Shown here piece after piece: positions 47,210 through 57,600 of a DNA stretch of 64,000 nt; the stretch's first letter is position 1, and each line of letters opens with the position of its first letter. The notes under the pieces were generated by a model. It was not told the DNA's origin, did no database searches, and was given only the letters and a program-made list of their open reading frames with translations. Position numbers and translations under genes: made by a program. Source of the stretch: an uncultured virus (IMG/VR IMGVR_UViG_3300025433_000003) (lineage: Duplodnaviria; Heunggongvirae; Uroviricota; Caudoviricetes); the IMG/VR virus record IMGVR_UViG_3300025433_000003; one strand, given 5' to 3'.

Positions 47210-47293
47210 TCCCCAGCATAAATGCAGGGGTTTCTCGTGACACAGTATAACAACACAATCTTAAATAATTAATTACATGGAGACGTTTTTTTT

Positions 47294-47608
47294 ATGAAAA
47301 TATTTTGGATATCTTGGTATCAACCTACTGATGATCATAGACCACTTAGTTTTCCACCAAATGAGTCTATACTTGGGTGGTGGTGTACTGGTCAAAGATG
47401 TTCTGATGATTCAAGTACTTTGTGTGCAATGATTGTTGCAGAAGACGAAACATATGCAAAAATTGCAATTAGAAAAGACTGGCCAGAAGCTGGAGATTGG
47501 AGATTTTGTGATGAATCAAAGAATACTGATTTGTGTGACAGATTTCCAACTAATGACTGGATGAAAATAAGAATAGGTCAATTTAATAACAAAAGTCGTG
47601 TGACTTAA
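47294..47608 (+). CDS. Hypothetical Trp-rich phage protein
   Basis: GGAG RBS; followed by hairpin 47616-47641. Confidence 0.7.
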   Translation: MKIFWISWYQPTDDHRPLSFPPNESILGWWCTGQRCSDDSSTLCAMIVAEDETYAKIAIRKDWPEAGDWRFCDESKNTDLCDRFPTNDWMKIRIGQFNNKSRVT

Positions 47609-47677
47609 TCACACTAATGCTATGGCTTATGCCATAGCATTGTATTTTTAACAAAATTTAATAGGCGAACAAAAAAA

Positions 47678-48988
47678 ATGAAACTAAAACTGTTAGACAT
47701 AGATTTGTTTATTGAAAAACGTAAACTAGAAGCTGTAAGTAGCGGAAAATATTATGCTGGAAATAATCGAAATGAATTTGATAAACTAGGTATATTCAGT
47801 CAAGAAATATTTGGAAGATTGGGGAGTGCAAAACGAAAGAAATTATTTGCATATATTAATTTGAATAATAAATTAATTCATCCTGAAGGTTATAAAATAT
47901 TAACTTCTATTAACCCTGATTTAACTAAATTAATTATGGGAAAAGAAAAATATTTAATTTCGGATGACGGTAAGTTAACAATAGATCAAGAAGCTGGATC
48001 AACTGGTGTTTCTTTTTTTATTGCTAATTTTGATAAATTAAACTTTGAAGAAATGAAAACTAAAAATCCTGATAATGTAAAGTTTGTCTTGCAATTTAGA
48101 GACACGATAATTATTGATAAATTTCCTATTATGCCAGCAGGTATTCGTGATGTCCAAATAACGACAGCAGGAAAACAATTAATCCAACATTCAGAAGTTA
48201 ATGAGTTATATATTAAATTAATCAATCAAGTTAATATGACGATTAATGCTGAATTTCTTGAAGATGAAATTAAAGATAGTTTAATAAATGGCATTCAACG
48301 AACATTAATCATGTTGAATACTTGGATTAAAAATAAAATCAAAGGAAAGTATGGTTTAATTCGTGGCGGGATGTTGAAGAAAGTTGTTGATTATTGTGCT
48401 CGACTTGTTATTGTTCCAGACACAAATATGCAATTTGGATTTATTGGTATACCTTGGCATATCTGTTTAAAACTATTTGAACCAATGTTTATTCATTATA
48501 TACTTAAAGAAGATTCAAGTAAATTAATAACAACTCTAATTCAACAATATTTTAATATTGAAGAAGTTGATATTAATGATATTAAAAACTTCAATACTAA
48601 AATTAATGAAAACCCAGATGAGATAGATAAATTAACTGAAAGAGAATTAATCAAAGTTGTTAAAATAATTGTTAAAGATAAACTAATTCTGTTTAAAAGA
48701 GATCCTGTTGAAAATAGAGATAGTTGGCAAGCTCTTTATGTTACTCCGGCTAAAACTGGATTTGTTGCATCATTAAATAGTTATGATCTTTGTAAGAATG
48801 GTGGAGATTATGATGGGGACACAATTGCTGTATATAGTCTATTAACAAATCAAGCACAAGAACAAGCTAAGAAATTAAGTGTTCTTCATAATAAAGGAAC
48901 ATGGACTAATGCTGGTAATTATGATGGTTGTGCATTTGAGTTAACTATGGATGCAGCGATTGCTATTTATTCTGCAACATTGAAATAA
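47678..48988 (+). CDS. Second phage RNA polymerase beta-prime subunit (N-terminal through catalytic loop)
   Basis: GIFSQEIFG, MPAGIRD, KGKYGLIRGGMLKKVVDYCARLVI, LKLFEPM, KRDP, NGGDYDGD. No Zn-finger cysteines. Confidence 0.88.
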   Translation: MKLKLLDIDLFIEKRKLEAVSSGKYYAGNNRNEFDKLGIFSQEIFGRLGSAKRKKLFAYINLNNKLIHPEGYKILTSINPDLTKLIMGKEKYLISDDGKLTIDQEAGSTGVSFFIANFDKLNFEEMKTKNPDNVKFVLQFRDTIIIDKFPIMPAGIRDVQITTAGKQLIQHSEVNELYIKLINQVNMTINAEFLEDEIKDSLINGIQRTLIMLNTWIKNKIKGKYGLIRGGMLKKVVDYCARLVIVPDTNMQFGFIGIPWHICLKLFEPMFIHYILKEDSSKLITTLIQQYFNIEEVDINDIKNFNTKINENPDEIDKLTERELIKVVKIIVKDKLILFKRDPVENRDSWQALYVTPAKTGFVASLNSYDLCKNGGDYDGDTIAVYSLLTNQAQEQAKKLSVLHNKGTWTNAGNYDGCAFELTMDAAIAIYSATLK

Positions 48989-49003
48989 TGGAGACTAATT
49001 TCT

Positions 49004-51031
49004 ATGAAATCAACTAAAAATTTATTTGAAGACCTTGGGTCACTAACCCGAAGAGACTATGAAAATGAAAGTGCTGGAACTCCCAGTATGGTGCGACCAC
49101 CAAATCAAAGATTAGCAGCACAACAAAGACAACCAAGTAATGTTATCCGAGCAACAAGAAACGAACTACAAGGAGTTAAATTATTTGATTTTTCATTTCG
49201 TCCTTGGCAACAGTCATTAATAAATACTCTCCGAAATGGGACTAATGTTTATCAAGTTGCTTCTCCAGGTGCTGGAAAGACTGCTCCAGTCGTGTTTCAT
49301 TGGGCAACTATGTTAGATCTACATCCCAGTATGGATTTAGACATCGTTAATCGAAATACTGCTACTGGAGCTGACTATAACAGAGCAGCAATTACTCAAG
49401 TTAATGAATTAGTCACTAATTTATTTAGATTTTTTAATGAACCTAATGGAGCATTAGGGCAGATCCCTAAATTATTGTACTTGTGCCCAGTTAGACAATT
49501 AGTTTATGAGATACGGAAAGACTTCATTGAACATGTTAGTAAAATTGTATATCATTTAGTTCATATTGCAATTACAGTTAGTGGAACTCCTCAGTTACGA
49601 GGACACATACACATGAATATAACCAGAATTTATGCATTACTACAAGCAAATGGAATGAATGTTCGACAATTGGTCAATAGAAAACAAGTAATGTACAATG
49701 AAATGCAACATTTTATGGCTTTACAAGTAAATGATAGTAGAGCAAATAAATTAGCAAAAGACATACAAGTAGTCGATCAACAAATAATGAAAATTATTGT
49801 TGATGGGATGAAAAGATTTATCAGTACAAATATAGTTAATATTAAATCAGAACAAGATAGTATTACTAATTACGATGCCCCAATTATAATTACTATTTAT
49901 CAATCAGCAAACGGAGTATATAAGAAAATCAATACTAATCGATTACGAATGATTGTACTCGATGAAGCACATTTAATTCAACAGATTAGTCCAACTGATT
50001 CTCAAGCAAAACAAATAACAGATTCTTTATATTCAATTTTAAAGAAGTTTTCTGGGTTACAACAATGTCAATTAGTGTTATTGAGTGGAACTGTCAGACC
50101 ACAAGCAGCAACTAATTTAATTCAATTTTTAAATCGTTCAATGAATATTCCAATCACTAGATTAGAATCAGGTAGTGAAGCTCGAAACCCATCAAATATA
50201 TCTGTCATGCCTATGGATAGTTTGAATAATGATGACACATTAGTAAAATTAATGTTGAAACCACCAGAAAACAATAACGTTATTATACTATTTAGTAAGA
50301 AAAGAATAAAACGGTTAGTCAAACAAGCATTACAACAAACTAAAGGTCATCAACATACTGCTGATCAAATTGAAAGAGGAGACTTACAGAAGCGACAACG
50401 AAGTTCATTAAACATTAACTTACAAGATTTAGAAAAAGATCATCCAGAAAATGTTAGAGATGGATTCAATCTTAATCGTAATCAATTTCTTGATGCAGTT
50501 AATAAAATGCCAGAAGCAAATGAGATTTATAATCCTGATTTACTACAATGTGTGTTGAGTGGTTTTGGGTATATTTATAGAGCCGAAGACGATTCTTCGG
50601 CTGAAATAAAATCACATGCTGGTCAAGATTCACAAATTGTTGCTAACTTATTCTCACAAGGTAAAATTAAAACTCTGTTAGCGACAGATGCAGTAGGAAT
50701 TGGTATAAATTTAACAATCAAAAATATGTATGTACCAGAGAGTAAAAAGTTTAGTGACGGTAGTTTTGTTAATTTGCCTTTAAGCAATGCAAGCCAATTA
50801 TATAATCGAACTGGTCGAATGTCATTTACAACTAGTTCGATTTATACACCTCAAGAAAATGTCAATAGTGTTATTCAAGCAATATCTGCTACTAATAATA
50901 GTTTTGATATGAGAGAAACACTTGGTAGATTCAAACAACTTGTTAGTCCTACTGGTAGTGCAGTTACGTTTGCCAATGCTTGGAGGAGTTTTTCAAATTA
51001 TATCGCTAGAAATAGAGACCATACTAATTAA
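49004..51031 (+). CDS. SF2 helicase (Ski2-like DEAH)
   Basis: FRPWQ, SPGAGKT, DEAH, LSGT, ATDAVGIGIN, QLYNRTGR. Confidence 0.85.
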   Translation: MKSTKNLFEDLGSLTRRDYENESAGTPSMVRPPNQRLAAQQRQPSNVIRATRNELQGVKLFDFSFRPWQQSLINTLRNGTNVYQVASPGAGKTAPVVFHWATMLDLHPSMDLDIVNRNTATGADYNRAAITQVNELVTNLFRFFNEPNGALGQIPKLLYLCPVRQLVYEIRKDFIEHVSKIVYHLVHIAITVSGTPQLRGHIHMNITRIYALLQANGMNVRQLVNRKQVMYNEMQHFMALQVNDSRANKLAKDIQVVDQQIMKIIVDGMKRFISTNIVNIKSEQDSITNYDAPIIITIYQSANGVYKKINTNRLRMIVLDEAHLIQQISPTDSQAKQITDSLYSILKKFSGLQQCQLVLLSGTVRPQAATNLIQFLNRSMNIPITRLESGSEARNPSNISVMPMDSLNNDDTLVKLMLKPPENNNVIILFSKKRIKRLVKQALQQTKGHQHTADQIERGDLQKRQRSSLNINLQDLEKDHPENVRDGFNLNRNQFLDAVNKMPEANEIYNPDLLQCVLSGFGYIYRAEDDSSAEIKSHAGQDSQIVANLFSQGKIKTLLATDAVGIGINLTIKNMYVPESKKFSDGSFVNLPLSNASQLYNRTGRMSFTTSSIYTPQENVNSVIQAISATNNSFDMRETLGRFKQLVSPTGSAVTFANAWRSFSNYIARNRDHTN

Positions 51032-51104
51032 ATTTTCATAGTTTATATATAAATAATTAAGTTATAGTAAAAAAAATTAATTAAAAAAAAGGAGTTTTTT
51101 AAAA

Positions 51105-51683
51105 ATGGGAAGTATTGAAATACGGAGTTTTAAATGTCGTGTTTGTGGTTGTTCTAAATTCAGTTACATGCATGGAGTTTCTTTAATGTATTGTAATCAA
51201 TGTTCATCAGTATTTTTTGATGAACAACAATTTAGTTTACCCGATATTGGATTTAAAAAATTAATTAATGATGAGTATGTAGAACCAGTTGAACCGAAAA
51301 ATATTCATGGGACTGACACAGGTTATGATTTGTTTTCGATTGAAAGTAAGATAGTTAAACCTGGTGTGACTGAAATGATCAAGACTGGGATATGTGTACA
51401 ATTTCCCTTTGGAATGGGAGCAGAAGTAAGACCAAGATCAGGGTTGGCATATAAACATGGTATTATGGTTACTAATTCCCCAGGCACAATCGATAATGAA
51501 TATCGTAATGAAATTCGAGTATTGTTATATAATTCTGGTAAAGAAGACTACGAAGTTAAAGTACATGATAAAATTGCTCAACTAGTGTTTGAATATACTG
51601 TGTTACCTACATTGATTGAAGTTAAAGAATTTGGTGATGAGACTTCCAGAAATCTTGGTGGATTTGGCTCCACTGGAGAATAG
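51105..51683 (+). CDS. dut: Trimeric dUTPase with N-terminal CxxC..CxxC extension
   Basis: GYDL, PRSGLA, GTIDNEYRNEI, KIAQLV, RNLGGFGSTG. Confidence 0.95.
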   Translation: MGSIEIRSFKCRVCGCSKFSYMHGVSLMYCNQCSSVFFDEQQFSLPDIGFKKLINDEYVEPVEPKNIHGTDTGYDLFSIESKIVKPGVTEMIKTGICVQFPFGMGAEVRPRSGLAYKHGIMVTNSPGTIDNEYRNEIRVLLYNSGKEDYEVKVHDKIAQLVFEYTVLPTLIEVKEFGDETSRNLGGFGSTGE

Positions 51684-51745
51684 TTTTTGGCCTCGGCAAA
51701 TTTCAAACTTTGATGTTTTAACAAATCTTAAAAAGGAGAATTCTG

Positions 51746-52807
51746 ATGTTAATAATGCCAAGTATAGGTCAATTCAGACAAATAATTAGAAATGTAAAAA
51801 ATACTGCTGAATTTTCACACATTGACGAAAATGACGAACCTGTATTTAAAACGATTTGTGAATATCCTATTATAGAGTGTACTGGTACAGTAAAAATTCA
51901 TGGTACTAATGCATCTATTCGTTATGATTTAAAAAATGAAATTGTTTGTCAATCAAAGAAAAATATCATTACTCCAAATAAAGATAATGCTGGATTTGCA
52001 AATTTTATTCATCTGAATTTTGATAAATTTAATATTTTGATGAAAGATTTACATTGTGAATTTTGTACGAAGGAGACCCAAGAAATAACACTATTTGGAG
52101 AATGGGCAGGAAAAGCCATTCAAAACGGTGTTGCTATATCCGAAATTGATAAATCGTTTTTCATATTTGGTATCAGAATTACTAATATAATCAACGATGA
52201 TAAAGAATCATTTTGGGTTAATGATAAAGATGTTGATGCATATTTTTTAAAGAATAATATATGTATTAATAATGTATACATTCTTTCACTCATTAAATCA
52301 TATAATATATCTATTGATTTTAACAAACCAGAAATAGCTAATAATATCATTACTGGTATTGTTGATGAAATTGAAAACGAATGTCCGATTGGTAAATATT
52401 TTAATATTTCTGGAATCGGTGAAGGAATAGTTATTAAATTTAAATATAGTGGTCAAGATTTTATATTTAAAGCAAAAGGAGAAAAACATTCAAAATCAAA
52501 AGTAAAAGTACATAAAGATATAGATGTTAAATATATTAATAGAATTCAATATATAGCTGATCAAGTTACACCTAATTGGAGACTTGAACAAATTTATCAA
52601 GAAACCTTTGACACTATTAACGGCGGTAAAGGGGATATTAAAAAAACTGGTGATTATATTAGAAGTTTGATGCAGGATATTATCAAAGAAGACTTAGATA
52701 TTATTATTGCTGCTAGTCTTGAAGTTAAAAATATTGGTAAATATGTGTCGAAAATCGGTGTAAAATATATGCATACTCGACTTGACGAAGAAGCAGGGTT
52801 GGTATAA
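51746..52807 (+). CDS. ATP-dependent RNA ligase (Rnl2-like)
   Basis: KIHGTN, FGEW, FFIFGI, EGIV, FKAK. Confidence 0.85.
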   Translation: MLIMPSIGQFRQIIRNVKNTAEFSHIDENDEPVFKTICEYPIIECTGTVKIHGTNASIRYDLKNEIVCQSKKNIITPNKDNAGFANFIHLNFDKFNILMKDLHCEFCTKETQEITLFGEWAGKAIQNGVAISEIDKSFFIFGIRITNIINDDKESFWVNDKDVDAYFLKNNICINNVYILSLIKSYNISIDFNKPEIANNIITGIVDEIENECPIGKYFNISGIGEGIVIKFKYSGQDFIFKAKGEKHSKSKVKVHKDIDVKYINRIQYIADQVTPNWRLEQIYQETFDTINGGKGDIKKTGDYIRSLMQDIIKEDLDIIIAASLEVKNIGKYVSKIGVKYMHTRLDEEAGLV

Positions 52808-52827
52808 TAATTAAAAAGGGGAATGAC

Positions 52828-53139
52828 ATGGATAAAGATAAACAAGAAAGTAATGTATTTGACAAAGACTTTTATTCTGAACATTATATTACTGCTGAGA
52901 AAAATCCTGCTGGCGGAGTGGCCGATGGACTGGGATTCACTATCTCATGGAACCGGGGAGAGCTGAAGTTTAATGACCAGAAGCAGGCTCTTCCAAATGG
53001 GGCATTTCCTCACGATGTAATTGATGCTGTAAGAGATCGATTAAAATTTCTACAGGGGACTAAATACAAATCAGAAGATATTAAAAAAGCTATTAAATAT
53101 TTGTCGAAAGCTCTTACTTATCTTCAGATTAAAATATAA
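52828..53139 (+). CDS. Tad1/Acb2-like small protein (tentative)
   Basis: ISWNRG..NGAFPHDVIDAVRDRLKFLQ..AIKYLSKALTYL resembles the Tad1 helical core. Confidence 0.5.
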   Translation: MDKDKQESNVFDKDFYSEHYITAEKNPAGGVADGLGFTISWNRGELKFNDQKQALPNGAFPHDVIDAVRDRLKFLQGTKYKSEDIKKAIKYLSKALTYLQIKI

Positions 53140-53274
53140 AAAAATATTAATTTAATTTATTTGGAAGGGGAGTTAAATAGGTTCGCGACCTATTTTTTAA
53201 AAATTATTTTTTATACCCCTTCGATAATTTTTTACTTCCTTTTCCAAATAATTCTACATGAGGGGTGTATTCAC

Positions 53275-54663
53275 ATGAAAGAGATAGTAAATAAGTTTTA
53301 TAAGAAGAAAATAGACAATTTAATTCATTTATTAGAAAATAAAAACGACATTGTTGAGTTAGATCAAATCAGAGATTGGAATAGACTGAATTGGAATATT
53401 GAGGAATGGATAATATTCTTTGAACAAGTTGAGATTATTCCTGATGAGAATGACCAGGCTGTTGATTATGTGTTTAAATGGAATGGTGAATTTGATTTTA
53501 ATAATTTCCCGATTTACACTGACAAGTGTTGGCAGGATATGTGGATAAAAGGAATTTTGTATAACCAATTTTATTTGAATGACTATGTTAACAACTTCGA
53601 TTTAATATTTGATGTTCTTAGTAATCAAACTGATATTCATCAATTGAATCCTATTAGTATTCAATATGAATACGTTAAGAAGGTTAACTCTCATATTCTT
53701 TATTGTGTTGAACGAGAATGGAAGGGGATTACATTAGAACATGTTCGATTGTTTAATCGATTGAATTGGTCGGTTTATAATTTAAAGCGATTTTATGATA
53801 AAGTTGATGTTCCGAAAGACGATAGTGTTCATAAACAGTGGGTTTGGATTGGGAGTCTAGATAAGAAATCATACGGGAGGTTTGGTATATATTATGGTCA
53901 AAGTTTTTCTCACAGATTAAGTTATCATCAAGTATTTGGATCTGCTGCCCCAGGAATAATGATTAGACATATTGGAGATGTAAACAAATCAGATATTAAT
54001 ATTTTTAGTATTCTTTCGGGAAACAGTCAGGATAATGTAAATGACCAAACAGAAAATGGGAATATAGTGTCTGGGGAAAATCATAGCAATGCTAAATTAA
54101 CTAATACACAAGTATATCAAATAATTCGAGTATTATATGACAAGAAAACAAATATTACACAAACAGAATTAGCTAAAAATTGTGGAGTTGTTCAATCAGT
54201 AATCAGTGCCATATGTAGAAATACAGCAAGACAAGAAAGTATGAAACAATTTGCAAAAGACAGAAACATTTCTGTTAAAGAAGTTGTCGACATTATACAA
54301 ATAAATGTAGATTCAAACTGGAAAAAAATAAATTCTGAAATAAATTCTGGTTCAAACCATCCTTCAGCACAATTACATGAAGAAATCATAATTAAAGGGA
54401 TAATTGATCGATTTATGTGTGGACATTCATATCCTCAAATATATCGAGACAGGATAATAAATAATTATAATGTACACAACAGCACAATTCGACAAGCTAT
54501 AAAAGGCGATTCTTGGAAGGGATTAGACCCATATAGAGACGCAGCAAAAGAAATGAAGTTATTAAACTATCCCTCGACAACATCATATCCAGATCTAATC
54601 AATTTTATGAGAAATGACCCGAAATACAAAAACAGTTATTATCTTGATCAGATTAAACTCTAA
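53275..54663 (+). CDS. Free-standing HNH-like homing endonuclease with long N-terminal extension
   Basis: RFYDKV..WVWIGS..YGRF..SHRLSY..IRH..GNSQDNVND, GENHSNAKL repeats. AGGGGTG RBS before ATG 53275. Confidence 0.75.
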   Translation: MKEIVNKFYKKKIDNLIHLLENKNDIVELDQIRDWNRLNWNIEEWIIFFEQVEIIPDENDQAVDYVFKWNGEFDFNNFPIYTDKCWQDMWIKGILYNQFYLNDYVNNFDLIFDVLSNQTDIHQLNPISIQYEYVKKVNSHILYCVEREWKGITLEHVRLFNRLNWSVYNLKRFYDKVDVPKDDSVHKQWVWIGSLDKKSYGRFGIYYGQSFSHRLSYHQVFGSAAPGIMIRHIGDVNKSDINIFSILSGNSQDNVNDQTENGNIVSGENHSNAKLTNTQVYQIIRVLYDKKTNITQTELAKNCGVVQSVISAICRNTARQESMKQFAKDRNISVKEVVDIIQINVDSNWKKINSEINSGSNHPSAQLHEEIIIKGIIDRFMCGHSYPQIYRDRIINNYNVHNSTIRQAIKGDSWKGLDPYRDAAKEMKLLNYPSTTSYPDLINFMRNDPKYKNSYYLDQIKL

Positions 54664-54684
54664 ATATAAAAAAGGAAATCCATT

Positions 54685-57600
54685 TTGACAACACTAGAAA
54701 AAGAATATGAAGAATTCATGAAAGTGACTGAAGAATTTATTCAAGGGGTAATAACCAAAAAATATTTATTAAATGATGAAAAGACATACAATGATATTAT
54801 TAATAAACGGTTCTTACCAATACTCAATAATAAAACTAAATTAGATAAAACCAAATTAAATTATATTATTGAGATGTTTCTTAAAAAGAGATGCGTTCCT
54901 GCTGGGAGTATACTATCTGGTCTTGGAAATACTGAGTATACATGTTCTCTCTCTAATTGTTATTACATTCCTTTAAATTCAGATTCTTTAGAGGGAATCT
55001 TTGAATGTGAAAAGGAAATTGCTCGCACTTTTAGTTGGCGTGGAGGGTGTGGGTTATCTATCTCCATACTTCGACCAAGTGGTTGCCCAGTTAAAAATTC
55101 AGCCAAGACTTCAACTGGTGCAGTGAGCTTTATGCCTAGCTTTAGTCAATTAGGTCACGACATAGGTCAGAACGGTCGTCGTGCTGCTGAGTTAATTGAT
55201 ATCGACTGTCGTCATCCTGACTTAGAAAAATTCATTTGGAGTAAGGCAAACCCGGATCGCGTCTTTCCAAAAGACTTTATGACTGGATACCAGCCTACCG
55301 TGAATTTTGCAAACATATCAGTTCAAATAACGAATAAATTTATGGAGGCGGTTAAGACGGACTCCGATTGGGATCTGTTCTTTCCTGAAACGACATTTGA
55401 AAAATATGATGCTGAGTGGGATGGAAATTATGATGACTGGATAGCCAAGGGATATCCAGTCAAAATATACAAAACAGTTAAAGCAAAAGATATTCTAAAA
55501 CAGATCGCAGAAGCATCGTGGTTAACAGGCGATCCGGGTATTATTTTCCGGGACAACATGAGAAATTTCTCCTCTTGTGCTTTTGATCCAAAGTTAATCC
55601 CGGTGGGATGTAATCCTTGCCTTCCTGAGTGGGCACCGGTTTTAACTCCTGAAGGTTATAAACAACTTAAAGACATTAAAAATGAAATTGTGTTAGGTGG
55701 AGAGACATACGAATGTTCTGATGTATTTAAAACAAGAGAATTAGACGATGTATATGAAATAGAATTAATGGGGGGCATTAAATTTTGGTCTACTTATGAT
55801 CACGAAATTATGGCAACCAAGAATGATTATAAATTTAGTGAACCAAAATTAACTAAAATTAAAGATTTGAATGTTAAAGATTTTGTTAAAATGGATTATA
55901 CTCCAATTAAAATCAATATTGATAAAGAAGAATGGAAAAACGGGTATGATTATGTAAAAATGTTTGATGAACAGACAGACATTTTAATGTTTAACAATAT
56001 TAATTTTCAATTAGGGTTTATAGAAGGCATATATAAAGAATTTGGGTATATTGATAAATTGAAAGATGTACATTCAATCGATGTTACTTCAAAAATATCA
56101 AGTGGATTATTAGGTAATACACAACTCATCTTATGTTCATTAGGAATTTTTTCTGATATTTTAGAGAATACACTAAGGATAATGGATGCAGATTCTTTTG
56201 AAGATATGTTTAATTTAACAAATAAAACTAATTCCGCAGTGTTTACTAATTTTTCAAAAGATAAACAACATATTAAGTCAATCACTAAATTAGATGGAAA
56301 GTTTCCAGTTTATGATATCAGTGTGCCAGGACCAAATAAATTTGTTTCGTCAGCAATTGTAATATCTAATTGTGGGGAGCAGTCGCTTCAATCTTATGGT
56401 AATTGTCTCCTGTCGGCGATATGTTTGCATAAATATGTGAAAAACCCATATGAGCCAATTGCTGAATTTGACATTCATACGTTCCTGGCAGATACAGAAC
56501 ATTTGGTATATTTTTTAGATGAAATGATTAATCTTAATAATCATCCTCTTAACGAACAAAATTTGATGGATAAATATAGTCGGAGAATGGGAATTGAGTT
56601 TACCGGAATGGCAGACATGATTTCTATGTTAAACATGGATTATGGTAGTGATGAATCTTGTGATTTCTTAGACGATATTTTATTCAGCAAAGCAATCTGT
56701 GAAATTAAAACAAGTATTAAATTAGCTAAAGAAAAAGGTTATGCACCATGTTTTAAAACCAAAAAATCTCGAACAGCATTTATAAAACAACCATACATCC
56801 AAAGAATCCTTAATAATTTACTTAAAACAAATCAGACTGAAATTACAAATAATATTATGGAATATGGTCTGTCTTCTCCAGCGTTTAATACTGTGGGCCC
56901 GACAGGAAGTATCTCGATTGTAGCTGATAATTGTACCAGTGGCATAGAACCAATTTATAACATTTCGTATTATCGGAAATCAAGATTGTTTGGTGATAAA
57001 CAGATGAAGATGGTCCATCTTCCTTTAATAAAACACGTAGGACCAAAAATTCTATCATTAACCGATGAAGAAATCAAAAAGAAATATCATTATCAGTGCG
57101 CTCATGAAATAGACTACATCACCAGAATAAAAGTTCAATCAACGGTTCAAAAGTGGACAGATAATAGTATTTCATCAACAATCAACTTGAATAATGATGC
57201 AACGATTGACGATATTTATAATATATATCTTGAAGCATATGATAAACAGTTGAAAGGAATAACCATTTTTAGAGATGGCTCTAAAAAAGGTATCCTTTCA
57301 AGTACAGCAGAAGAATCTAGTAAACCTAAAGAAATAGATAATAAAATCACATCTGAAAATATTACAAATCATTTATCATTAATTAAAGACGAGTTAACTC
57401 AAACCCTGCGAGCATATCGGTATGTTCGAATGTGGAAAGGAAATAAAGTATATATCACTATCACTATTGACAGTAGCGGCAAACCAGTTGAAATATTTGC
57501 CAACGTTCCATATGAAGCAGGAATAGATAAATCTGGAGTCTACCACCAAGAACAATTAATGGAAAAGAAAACATATTGGGATACAATTTGTCGATTGATT

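Larger units (their letters stand above)
46271..47246 (+). mobile_element. IS200/IS605-superfamily IscB element, internally deleted
   Basis: Left end GTCAAGCACCCC..GGGGCTTG, omega-RNA scaffold, IscB C-terminal half, right-end hairpin CCCCAGCATAAATGCAGGGG at 47211-47230. Right boundary approximate. Confidence 0.8.
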
